A stretch of 59,312 bases of DNA, counting the filler, from Sphacelaria rigidula (lineage: Eukaryota), in assembly GCA_964200075.2 (NCBI GenBank). It is 10 parts of 10 records of this genome, joined end to end, with 100 filler letters (N's around TTAATTAATTAA, not from the genome) between each part and the next. Parts side by side here need not be neighbours in the genome. Positions count along the whole stretch, not along the records: positions 23,767 to 29,607 come from CAXNAA020024042.1; positions 29,708 to 35,548 come from CAXNAA020024043.1; positions 35,649 to 41,489 come from CAXNAA020024044.1; 7 more parts are not named here. One strand, given 5' to 3'. The notes beneath the pieces are model-generated. The model was not told the origin of the DNA. It made no database searches and saw nothing but the letters and a program-made list of their open reading frames with translations. The position numbers were made by a program, and so were the translations under genes. Positions 23,977-35,879 of the stretch are shown in pieces; positions within the stretch are counted from its first letter, which is position 1; each line of letters begins with the position of its first letter.

Positions 23977-26900
23977 CGGTGCCGACCAATAGCCATGTCC
24001 GAAGTCGAGAAGCAATTGGTTGCTATAGAAATGGTGAGAGCATCCAAGACTGCACCCGTGGCTGCTTCCACTGCCACTCCTGCTGCCCAGCGCACGGGTG
24101 CGGCCGTGCCACCAGCCGATGCCCTAGCACCTGCTGTTGTACGGGCTGACGCTTCCAACAGGTACGCCGTAGGGCTGTCTGTAGACTGTAGACCCCGATG
24201 TAAAGGATAAATCTACTGTCTATATTCCGAGCATGAGCATACGTTGAAATTCATGTGTGATGTACATGCATACGTGAGTGCAACCGGTATACCCGAGTGG
24301 CTTGATCCGAACCCTGTGTTCTTGTTCCCGAAGTATGCACCTTTACGAACGGTGTTGATATCGTAGTTTCAGATCGAAGCAATTGCTCTTCGCGCCGGAG
24401 AGACTTGGCGGAACGAAGCCTCCATGCTTAGTAGCGATAGCCAAAATCCAGGCATCCCTTCCATCACATTCCCCTCCTCGACATCATGATTCGTACTTGG
24501 GAGTGCGCCACTTGAGTTCTTGCTTTTGATACCGGCACGGATTCTGCCCAGCAATATTCCTACCTGCATTTGCAACTGTTCTCTCTCGAAGTTTGGTTGT
24601 CACAGAACCTCCGAGCAGAACAGGTTATGTTCTGTGTACTGGTTGATGTATGGGGAGACACACATTCTCCCGTTTCTGCCCGGGGGTACTATCGTAGCAC
24701 GAACGTTTGTAACCCACAATTGCGTTTTCTACCACTGTGGGTCTGAACATCTGTTCATGTTCAGCAGAACGCCACGGGAAGCTTCTGTTTTTCACCGATC
24801 TCACTGGTGAGCGGTGAAGCAATTACCTTCTATATTCTCCCTTTTGTGCTTCAGTACTATCTATCCCTGTGCACGCGCAATTGGCCCTATATTCTGTGAC
24901 ACTAGTTCACTGGGCGGCGAAGGCTTGTTTTCCGAGCGCGAGAGGGACACGATGCGCGGCTGTTTGATAGTGTTGTACGAAGCGGACGACGAACACGTGT
25001 TCTGGAGAACAATGCTTTCTGGTCAGTTCAACGGTATCAATGTCGACGCCGTTCCGGCCGGGGTGCCGCGTGACTTGGGACTGGTGTGGAAACGCCTGGG
25101 GCTACGATGGTACAGGTGCGTAGCATTGCGTGATTATCATCGTGAATTCAATGGACCAGGGGCAGGTTTGGGTCCCGTGTTCGAGCCAAGGTTGACATAG
25201 AATATGTGCTAGGACTGCATTAGGGTTTCCCCTCAGAGTGGCGTAGAGGTACAGGGCTGGGTTGAGGGCTTACACTAGGGCTAGCGTTAGGGTTTTTGCG
25301 GCTCGACTCTTGGAGCATCCATTCCTCACCGGAAGCTTTACAGGTCAAAGGTATATTGGCTTCATCGTGTCTGCTTCCAACTGAAGAAATCGTACAAAGG
25401 ATGCTGTGGTTCAACCTTATCGCACGTATGTTCGAAGAAACGTTTCGGAGTTCATGCCTGCGACCACGTACGTGCTGCAGCATGTGCACTTTGTACCGCA
25501 GCCACTCTCCAGTAATGTACAGGCTCTGAATTGGCCCTGAAAGCGAGTGGTCCAAGCAAGCAGGTATGCTCGAAGCGTGGCCTTGCGAAATTTTGAAGCA
25601 GCATTCCACTTCCATTGGTTCGGGTCTGACTTTCCTCAGGACCGTTCGAGAGTGCGTCGGCGATGTAAGGTGGGTGCTCGCCATAGCTAGAAGCCGCGAT
25701 AGCACGAATATCTGCAGCAACGCTCCAACCCTCGCCTACAAGCTGTCTAACCTCTTCGAGGCCACATTGAGCTCCCGCTATCTCCTTTTCGGGTGAGTAA
25801 TATTGACGGGACCCAGGGTACCTCCCGCTCGATCTACTCATTTTTGTTTTTGTTTTCTCGTAGAAAAGTGTACGTGTAGCCGTTTCGACCGTCCTCCCTC
25901 TAAAGGAGCATCAAATACGCCCGATCTTAGAAAACATCCACATGACCGAAGCCAGTTCGAAGGGTACAGAATGCATAATTACGTTACAATCCGTCCCCGT
26001 CGGCGCGTCCCCCTTCCCTCCCCCCTCCTAGCTGTTCAAGAGATTTACAAGTAGTCGTGTAGAGGAGGAAATGGATGCACAGAACTGCCACTGTGGCAAA
26101 GCAATAGAGAGCAGAAGTCATATAGTTGCGGGATGTGAACTATACAAGGAGGAACGGGATGTGCTAGAGGGGGACATGCGGGATGTGAACGATTGTGGCA
26201 TGGAATCGTTTGATGCATTATACAGTAGCGAGAGAACAATGGTTATACTCGGAGATAGATGGTGGCCAGAGACGGCGAAACAGGACGGAAATAAGACGGG
26301 TAAAACGTTTTGTGCAATGTATGGCAGAAAGGTAATGAGCGCCGGGATGTTGGAGGTGTCTCTGTCAGGAGTAGGAACGGTGCTCCGTCTCGAAAGAGGT
26401 GCGTGGTCAATGGCCAAACGACTAAGGCAAGCAACAAATGAGTACGCCCTCCCCCCCCTCCTAGCTGTTATTAAAAGTCGCTGCTTCGACGCTCGTTTTG
26501 CTTGACTCCACCACCGCCGCCACTCATACTGTCAGCATCGTACCCGAGGCACCGGTGGCTCCAGCAAAACGGAGGGTGAGAATCCGCACGGAAGCCGAAC
26601 TCGACCATGAGGCTAAGGCAAAGAAACCGACTATTAGTACTTGCGATGACGTGTTGGCGATGAGGGAGGACGTGCCGGAAGCCACGAGTGCAGCTGCCTC
26701 CTCCTCAAAAGCCGGCGGAAGCGACAGAAACAACATCGACCGGGTGCAGGTGGCCAGTGACCCTGCACGGCAGGTACCACTGGAGCCGCTGTCACTGCTG
26801 CAACTGCCGGAAGAGGATCGTGAAATGCAATGGTACCAAGATCTGGAGCAGCAGCAGTTGTTTGAATATCTGCATCGGGAGCAGCAGGAGCGGCAGCGGA

Positions 26901-29438
26901 AGCAGCAGCAAAAGCTGGGGCGGCCTAGCTGTACCCTTGACGAACAGTGCGCGAAGACACCGAAATCTGAGGGTAATAATGTAGATCGTGGCCTCGAAAA
27001 TGGTGCTGGTAATGCTGCTTCTGCTGCTTCTCCCGATCCCGCTCCGTCTAAAATTGAGAATCGGGGGAAAGCTGAAACAGGAAAGGTGGGCGAGGTCACG
27101 CCTCCGCTCTTGCCGCCGACACTTCCACCGAGATTCGCCGTCGGTCGAGACGACTCGCGGTGCTCTTGTGATACTCATCAAGCGCCTCTCGACACCAAAC
27201 CAATTTTTTCGAGCAGAAACCTCAGCACTGTTCATGGTCTTTGGGATCGTGGTGGTCGCGGTGGACGTGGTGGTGCTCATGACGGTGTCGATCGTGGTGT
27301 CAGTGCTGACCGTGCTACAACCGGCAGCTTCGTGTTTGGCTCTGCCTCTGATGTGGGTGACATTTGTTTTCTCTCTTTCATGACAGCCCCCCTTCCCCCG
27401 CCCGCTTCATTTCTTCTTCGTAGCTTCTCCTTTGCGTATGCTACGTATGGGAGTGAAAACCGCTCGGCGTCATGAATCCATCCCATCTGTTTCTCCGTGT
27501 GTCGGAAATCGTGCACACCCGCTTCCTTGCATATTCCTTTTAAGCAGGCCGCAAATATTTGCATACGTAGAATATGGATAATGCAGCCAAGAGAGAGGTG
27601 CACTTTCAGATGCCTGCGGCAAAATAGAGGGGAAGCGATTGCTGTCGCTTATCTTTCTGACGGAGACAACCTTTCTCCCTCTCGAGAACGCGTGGTCAAT
27701 GACCCAAGGGCTGCGACTATTAAAATTACAGCAAAGTATGAAAACTACCCCATGACACGCTGCATTGCATGCGTCAGACGATAGTTAACTCAAAACCATA
27801 CCAACATTCCCCACTCATGTCCTCTCAAGCAGAGAAACTGCGTCCCTCCAACGTCGGACGCGTGTTTAGCCAAAGAACCGGTCTCGCCGTCAACGGTTAA
27901 AAGTGGCGTGAGTGCAACAAGGGACAACAACACCGACGCCACCGACACCCAGGACAGTGGCAAAACTAAGAACAGCAAGAACTTCACATTTTCGTTTGAC
28001 AACATGGGTACTCCCGCCGGGAAAGCCGCGTGTGACTCCACTGCTGACAAGCTCCATCTCTCCGAGGAGCCATCGGCGATATTTGGTAAGATGAGAAACC
28101 AAACAGCAGTAGCCGCTCCCACGGATGGTGCGGCTGCCTCGCTCAAAGGCGACGGCAACAACAACAACAAAGACAACAATTGTAGCAGCAACAACAGCCA
28201 AATTAAACCAGGGATTACGTTCAACGCTAGCGCGACCACGCGGCAACCGACGGTAGTAGCCGCAAACGGATCGCTTCCCCTCGGGTTATCGCGCGGTGAA
28301 CGCCGGGCGATCCTCCGGGAAAAAAGGGCGGAGTTAGCAAAGGTCTACAAGACGGAGCGCATTAAAAAGCACATGCTCCAGAAGGACCCAAACAACCTCA
28401 TGGGTCGGTTGATGGCTAAAGACGCAAAAACTTGCAACGTCATTAAGTCACCATCGCCGTCCGATGGACCCGCAGGTCCTTGCGACGACTTCAGTGGCCT
28501 CGTCTGGATGTGGGGGTTGCCTCCACGAGAATGCGCGTGGGAGCTCCACCTCAAAATTGCACGCCTCAACGCGACCGGCCTGACTCCAGGGCTGTTCCGC
28601 AGGTTCGTCAATTTGATACGCGGCGGCGGCGACAGTGGCGTGTTGGCGGGAGCTCTGCCCAACGTTGAAGGTGGGGTCTCAGCCGCCGTGGTTGAAGAGA
28701 GAAGGCTGTTGTGGATACGTCCTTCCCAGGACTCGCATGGTGTTCTTTGGCAGCTTCCAGGTCCTCCCGGGGTGACACGTTCGGATGGGGAGATACAGCA
28801 GAAGGACGGGATTTGGGGTGGGGATAGTGCAAACGAGGCTCTGGTTATGAAAATCAAAGCTCGTCTGTGGGCTAAGGAGATCGCAACGGCCATGCTCAGG
28901 TGCGGATATGCCTAGTGAGGCGGGGTGGGTACAGCGAGGGGAGGAGAGGGGGAAAGGGGAGTCTTCCCGTGGATCACTCAACTATGCTTCAGACTATATT
29001 TCACAACTGTTCGAAACATGCAAAGAGCATGACGTTTGTCTTTCGCGCTTGTTGGTTGCTCGTGTTCGAGGGTGGTACTGGTTTGCTCTGATGTTGCTCG
29101 CGATGTACTTCAAAGATTAATTTTGCAGGAGACGCATGCAGTTGTTGCGCAACGAACACATCCTTTCCGAATGTGGCGTGCCACCAATGCTTCATGCTCC
29201 CCGCTACGTTTTGCGAATAGCACAAGCGGTCCCCGCTCCAGTATTTCACGGCAGCCCTGCTTTCTCACCGTCGAGTACGATGTTCACTTTTCGTTTGTAG
29301 TTCTGGTTGAGCCCCCGCCTCGTTCCCCTCCCCGCCGTGTGTCTTTCTCAAACCATCCCTTTGCTTGGAAGGTACGCCGAGAAAGATCATGAGCGCCGTA
29401 CGCAGCTCAGCCAGGAGCATGCTGCGAACTACAAATGA
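23977..29438 (+). CDS. Hypothetical low-complexity protein; exons 23977-24161, 26536-27352, 27830(or 27833)-28899, 29372-29438 (5'-partial, stop at 29436-29438)
   Basis: Long open GC-rich exons with AG/GT borders and matching phases (2, 0, 2). The C-terminus splices to ...AKEIATAMLR-YAEKDHERRTQLSQEHAANYK*. No family recognised. The first exon is the least certain. Confidence 0.68.
26037..26452 (+). mobile_element. 5'-truncated LINE 3' end with CCHC-like knuckle, intronic, with TSD
   Basis: DAQNCHCGKAIESRSHIVAGCELYKEERDVL...ILGDRWWP..., ending ACTAAGGCAAGCAACAAATGAGTACG plus a C-run. Direct repeat CCCCCCTCCTAGCTGTT at 26020-26036 and 26453-26469. Confidence 0.85.
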
Positions 29439-29806
29439 GGCGTTCTTCTTTTCCACACGGACCCGTCGAGTACGAGACGACGAAGCGTTGCATGGGCTCG
29501 GAGAGAGAGACAGAGAGACAGAGGGGGGGGCAGGGGAGGAGGGGGGGGGGGGGTACTTGTTGATCATGACAGTGTATCCGCGGAGAAAAGTGGGGAGTTT
29601 TTTTTCTNNNNNNNNNNNNNNNNNNNNNNNNNNNNNNNNNNNNNNNNNNNNTTAATTAATTAANNNNNNNNNNNNNNNNNNNNNNNNNNNNNNNNNNNNN
29701 NNNNNNNGGGATGCGTGGTCGACGGTCAAACCGCCATGGCAAGAAACAAATGAGTACACCCCCTGCCCCCCCCCCCACCCCGGTGGCCTCCACTAACCAA
29801 CCATAC

Positions 29807-32800
29807 CTTCTGGAGATCCTGCAGCGTCTCTATCGGCAGTTCCTCCCAGCGGGCACTTCCAGCTCCCTCCCCCGCATTCCCCGCCCTCCCATCGTCATCC
29901 TCCGTCTCTTCTCCCTCATTTTCGTCGTCCTCTTCACCACCTCTTTCTCCGCCGCCGCACAAAAACGCCACGGTGGACTCGACCACGCCAAGACTAACCG
30001 GCAGCATGCGTAGCAACCTCGCAACACGCTCATCCTTGATGGCTTTCAGCTCCCGGGAAGATAGAGGCTTGTGCGGCGGCAGCGGTGCCCCTTTCTCCCG
30101 CTTCAAGACCTCATCCTCGGTCTCTCCGTTTTTTTTCTCCTCCACGCCACCCCCACCGCCGCTGCTCCCCTCAGTATCCCCACGTCCGACTGTTGCTGCC
30201 TTCACTGCAGCCATTTCTGCAGCGACGCCTATTGAAGGATCAATGCCCGCGGGCGCCATCGGACCCCTCGCCTTCTCCCGGGCCCCGGGTTCGGGTTCGG
30301 AGGGTGATCCTGAAGGATGTCCCCCGGCTGCGGCTGCCGCCGTCGCTGTGGCCGACGAAGACTTGGGCAACAGCAGCGATAAGCTTTCGTCCAAAAGAAT
30401 GCGGGCTTCGCCGGCGGCGCATCTCACCGCGAACGCCACGAACGTCCCTTTTTTTCTTTTGCTATTTCTCGGCCGTGTACGATCCGCACCCGTCCCACCC
30501 GCTTTCATGATGTCATTTTCTCCAGACTGCGCCCTCCCGTCCTCCTCCACGGCCCACTCTTGCCCCACAGCGCGCAGAAGCAACGCTAGGAGCGCGAGCG
30601 CCGAATCTCGGCGTTCATCGCCGGCCGCGCCATGCATCGCTTGCAGTAATCCTTCGCGCAGCGCCGCCGGAAATGCCCCCCGTTTGGTCCACGACCCCAG
30701 CGGCGGCGACAACGTCATCTGCTGCCCCACACCGCTTGCTCCGCCGCTCCAGCTACCCGACGAAGCGTTATCACTACCGCGATTTGCGTCGTCTGATGCC
30801 GCCACAGCAGTTCTGTCTTGTAACAGTGCTAACGATGTCCCGTCTCCATCCTGCAGGGCCGCCCACCGCAGCACCATGTCCATGAACGCAAACTTGGCCG
30901 GTGTAGGGTCATCCCGGAAGGCCTCCGCAACCGCTGTCAGCTGCCGCTGTCCGAGGCACTGCCCATTCGAGGCCTCCAGCGCTCGCCCGACAAACGCGAA
31001 AGCTAGAGTGTCCACGCGCTCTGCTAGTTGTGCTGTTGTCGCACCCTCAGGTTCTGTTGTCCCCGTGGCCGCCGCTACACTTGCCCCCCCTGCCGCTGCT
31101 GTACCCATCCCGTTTGCTTGAGCCCCTTTCTCCTCACCAGTGTCTTGCTTCTTACCGGTGTCAGGGCTGCTGCTGCGGTGGTCGCCGCCGTTCGGAAGGA
31201 CACGTGCCGTCGCCGTCACCGCCGCCGCCGCAAGATTTCTCTCTCTGCTGGAGGCCACAAGGCGGCTGACGACCGCTGGGGCGGCACCGGCCCTCAGCAG
31301 GCGCTCCATGCCACCCGGCGTGCCTGCGAGGGCTTGAGTGCACGCGAGGGCGTCGCACAGCGCTTGCGTGTCTGTTACGGTAGACGATGCCGCGCGGAGA
31401 GTGCGGACGAGAGCTGGCGCGACTGACACAAATCGCGGAACCTGTTTTGAGGGGTTGTCGTTGTTGCTGATGTTGGTGGTGATAGTTTGATATATGTGTT
31501 TTGATGCGAACGCACCAACTCAGCAACAAAAGGTCCGCAAAGCGATTGTGTAAAGGGTGAATTGATGGGTTTCGAGCTGCATCTATCGAAACAGCAACTA
31601 AGAAACGGCAGAGTGTCTGTTCCCAATCGAATTGCGAAGTCAGGGAAGTGTTCACAGCTCTTTCTCTACACAACACGAACGTGAAGGCTCTACTCCACAA
31701 CCTGATGTACCCTAGTTCCGCATTTCGTTCCAGCTGGGGAAAGTGCATTACAGCAGGATTTTTCTTTTGAGACGCCTGCCGTCCGTAGCTGACACGGGGA
31801 TCGTCTGCGGCAACCGAGACTTTCTGGACAAGCGACAACTGGCTCACAAGGTAGACCACCTCAACCCCACTTCAAAATAAGCTCGCTACGTATACATCAC
31901 AGCCAATTGCGCGGTATTTCGCAGTACACTTTCTACACCCTCACTCCTTGTTTGGAAATATAGAACAACAGCTACGGGCGTGCCATTCCAGATGATTTGT
32001 GTGGAGGCACTCTATATTCAGTAGAACCTGTCCGGTAACCCGGGACGAAGTCATTAGTATGGTTCCACAACGCTGTGGGTAATCGTGTCATTGCATCATG
32101 TTAATGCCTTCACCTGCCCCTGTGCACCAATCTACCACCTAAATACATACGCATTACACAGGTGAGACGAAGGCTGCGTCAATTTTTGTATTTGTTTGCC
32201 TACAAGAAAACAACGTATCTACTACCGCACACCATGTTATGGGGCACAGCAGATATCGGAGTTTGCTGCGCTCTCCCTTCACTGCATACAAACGAGTGTA
32301 CGAGTAAAGTTCATCGTTATGCACGCCAGCGAAACTATCGTTCCCACGGGGGGTTTGAGTGCCCGGCACGAGTGAGCGCTTCATGCGGTGTCGTGTGCTT
32401 CGTGTTCGTGTTCTGGTTGGGAGGCAAAACTGCCACAAATGCCGCACTGGATCATGGCGTGGCAGTAGAAATGCCCATCCGAAAACAGATTTTTTTCATC
32501 TATCGGCACAAACAAAGCTACAGCATCACCCCACATGAGAGCACCACTGATCACCATCGTTAGCCACCGGGGCTCGGCAATTCTTCGTTCATACTGAGAG
32601 GTACGACACACACCACGGTCTGTTTGTCCGTTACATCAACATCCCGCAACCCCGCGCACCCCCAACCCTCTAACTTCGCACCGCCCGACCGCAACACATT
32701 CAATTACCAATCGCAGATACCGGGTATTTACGGCCAAGGTATAGCAGACGTAGATTACGCGATTTCCTTACCAGAGTCTCGTCCTGAAAAAATGCAGCTA

Positions 32801-33224
32801 GAACACCCAGCGCAATGTGCTGATACACAGACAGCCCCTCCATCCCGGCGCCCCCTTCGAGAGTCTTCCCGCTGGTGCTATCACCTGCAGTCTTCAAGAG
32901 CCGGTGTACGAACGCCGTGCCAACGGCGTCGCAAATTCGTCGCACTTGTGATTCTCTCGCTGTGTTACCGGTAGGTGGCATCACCGTTGAAGTACTTGAG
33001 GCGGTGAGGGCGGGGACGTGCTTGGTGACCATGACTAGTCCGGCGAACTTGTGCTCGTCCGAGCCACCCTTGAGGAGGGTGAGGCACTGCGCAAGAATTT
33101 TGTTGCTGTTGTTATTCCTGTCGGCGTTGCTACTGTCGTCCGACGAGACAGCAGAAGCGATATGATCGGGAAGAGGGGGGGAAGGCTTCATTGATTCTGT
33201 CGTTGTGGCAGTGGCAGTGGCCAT
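29807..33224 (-). CDS. NCDN: Neurochondrin-family protein; exon 1 33224-32772, exon 2 31441-29807 (3'-partial)
   Basis: LAQCLTLLKGGSDEHKFAGLVMVTK...ICDAVGTAFVHRLLKT...IALGVLAAFFQDETL is the neurochondrin N-terminal signature. Phase-0 splice (|gtaag...acag|) to VPRFVSVAPALV...; later RDSALALLALLLRAVGQEW and FAVRCAAGEARILLDE. Exon 2 ends AAG|gtatgg. Confidence 0.88.
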
Positions 33225-33579
33225 CAGGCCTTAGTGTGCTAGCAATGAGTTGTACCATCTGTGCGGGCAGTCCACCCGTAGTGCTGTAGATTTCGTATTT
33301 TTCAGACCCGCGGTTCGAGGCTTCACTCCATATTGTTCGAGGCTGGAAAATGACCACGCTTGGATGCCAAAGCGGACGGCATCAGAGTGCACACAGCCTG
33401 GATCAAACCGCGGATCGTTGCCCACGTTGAGTCTTCAAAACTCCTCCCTCACTGCAGAGACTTGACGCTGTTGTGTGTGGCCTGGGCAAACGAACAGAAG
33501 TAAGTAAAGGTAGAGTAAAGTACCATAAAGTTGCATAGCTGATAGCGAGCGCAGCGCAGCCAACACTGAAAGTACCGAC

Positions 33580-33774
33580 ATGTCTCTCTCGGGTGCAAGC
33601 ACAGCAGCTGCGAAGTCCGTAGATGATGGCGATGCTACTGCTGCGGAGGAAGGTTTGGCCGAGGAGAGCGGGAGCGCGATTGCACATGGAATTCGAAGGG
33701 ACGTGCGACCTTGGCTCAATCTTGTGGATGACCTGTCCAACCTTACTAGGGATGCAGAGATCAGCGTGCCTCAG
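33580..33774 (+). CDS. First exon of an Mx/dynamin-related GTPase (3'-partial)
   Basis: RRDVRPWLNLVDDLSNLTRDAEISVPQ|gtatgc matches the helix plus LP(Q/A) segment that precedes the IAV.GDQSSGKSS P-loop in dynamin/Mx proteins (Mx: VRPCIDLIDSLR...LALPAI). The P-loop exon was not found in this contig. Confidence 0.7.
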
Positions 33775-35480
33775 GTATGCGTGATGATCCTGCGCGTGTC
33801 TAAATGGTGCTAGTTTCTCACGGTGCAAGTCTTGGCCGCTGTACTGTGTACTTGTTGTACGGTACTACATTACTGTACTGTTACTGTTCCGTATCTCCTC
33901 GGCGAAGAGTACCGTGACGTCGAACACAGTCGACTTTCGTCTACCTGGAGTTTCGCGATCACCTTGGCAGTAGCAGGCAGAAACCTAGCAACTGAGGATT
34001 TCCCAGTAGCAGAGGCGAGGTGCATTTGTTCGCGTGTTAACTCCACTGCTTGGAGCTGTTGCCCTGCTCTCTGTTCACATGGTCTGCCGATCTCCAGCAG
34101 GCTAAAACACAACAACTGTTGTGGGGCAGCATAGCAGAAAGTTGGTGCAGCATAGCAGAACATCATCAGAATACGGTGTATATCACCCTCTAAGTAACAC
34201 TGCCGGATAAAAGCCTTAAGAGTCCCATACGTATTGTTCGCCATCCGAGGATCTTGTTCACGGTACAGTACAACAACTACGGTACAGCACGCTGCAACAG
34301 GATGCTTGGCAATCTGCCTGCTAAGGGGTCCACTGCTTCAATGACTACGGTATCGTTCTAGTGCTGCATGCTGTAATGCACAGCCGTACTCGTGGCGAGC
34401 GTACAGTCGTCGAGGAGGACGGAATGATCCGATCCTCGAGTAAAGCGAACCACACACGGCACAGCAGCAGAACAAATTATCAAGGAGAGCAGCGTACACC
34501 CTCCCTCCCCCACCTTGGCAAAAAGCTGATTGAACTACGCCTATCGGCTAACAGCTTCACCCGTAAATCGTCCATTCTGTATTTGTTCGGAGATCTCCCC
34601 CCCTGAAAGTCTCACGATCTCCGGAAGATAGTTTTTGTGAGCGTAGATAAATGCTACATAGACAAGGGGCGAGTAGCACGAGTAGCGCAAAACTTGAAGA
34701 ATTATGATAATTAGGCCGTTTCTTACAGTCAGAAACCGGACTCTCTGAGAACTGCCCTTTTTTAGCCTTTCATCGCGGATTATTGGGCGGAATATGGGGG
34801 CGCGACCTATTCGCAGGTGGGGTATGCAAATAAGAACGAGCAGGTCGCGAACGCCTCCAGAGCCAAATCCGCGAGAAACTCAATTTCCAGTCGAAATGCT
34901 GCACACACGAAATAACGGTCGGTCGCACTCCACAGCAGCTCACAGCAGGGCAGTAACACCGAACAGATTTTTCTTGTAGCAGGACAGGATACCGCAAACG
35001 TGGGCGTTGATGAGTTCTCTGCTTGACATCACCGGCAAAAATACAGTGAATCGTTTTTTCTGGAGGCACCTCTATGAGGCAATTTCTCAAAGAACAAAAC
35101 TATTGTTCATGCTGCGGCGTGATGGACAACAGGTCACCAGCTGAGTGTTCAAACGTCATCTTGTCATGTGTGTGTGATTACATAGCCACAACTGACAGTA
35201 GTAGTATTATACTGTACAGGGCTTGTTGTGCTCTGTAAAGTTGACAAGTGGTACGATACAGGAACACTCCTACTACTCGTGCCGCCACCTCGATAGCCTG
35301 CGTAGTACACAACAGTGTGTACAGACAGCGTGCTGTCTTGATAGCAGCAGTGCAACAGGCGGTATTCTCGATAGTGAGCAGCTGACGCGTATGCAGTGGG
35401 TGTGTTCAGAGCATCTGTTCAATCGAGCATGCGCGGTGCTTGGTTGACCAAGAACCCAATACGACTGTTGGCTTGTCAGG

Positions 35481-35548
35481 CGCCGCGCCCCGGTGGTGTA
35501 ATGGTCCGACTGTCGCCATTAGGGTGGACAGAACGGGGGTTCGACTCC
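35481..35548 (+). mobile_element. tRNA-like head of SINE family A (cut by contig end)
   Basis: Near-identical to 11715-11784. Confidence 0.75.
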
Positions 35549-35879
35549 NNNNNNNNNNNNNNNNNNNNNNNNNNNNNNNNNNNNNNNNNNNNTTAATTAA
35601 TTAANNNNNNNNNNNNNNNNNNNNNNNNNNNNNNNNNNNNNNNNNNNNTGGACACAATCCCGGGGAGCGGTTGATTCTCATTTCAAAATACGTTCTCATT
35701 TTTCTGGCAACCCTGTTCTATTCCGTGTGACGGGCCCCCGCATAAATGATGCAGCCGCACCGGAGCTCACCACCCCCCCCATTTGTTTTCATTGTACAAG
35801 TACATGATCTCAATTCTAGTAGAACGAGAGTAAACGAAAATAAATATTATGTTTTGTTTTTCCCGCCAAGAGAAGGTGC

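Noticed and set aside
29973..31121. 382-aa plus-strand ORF (similarly 26524-27099, 28345-28893, 54067-54633)
   Set aside because: These are antisense shadows of GC-rich exons on the opposite strand, with no independent motifs.
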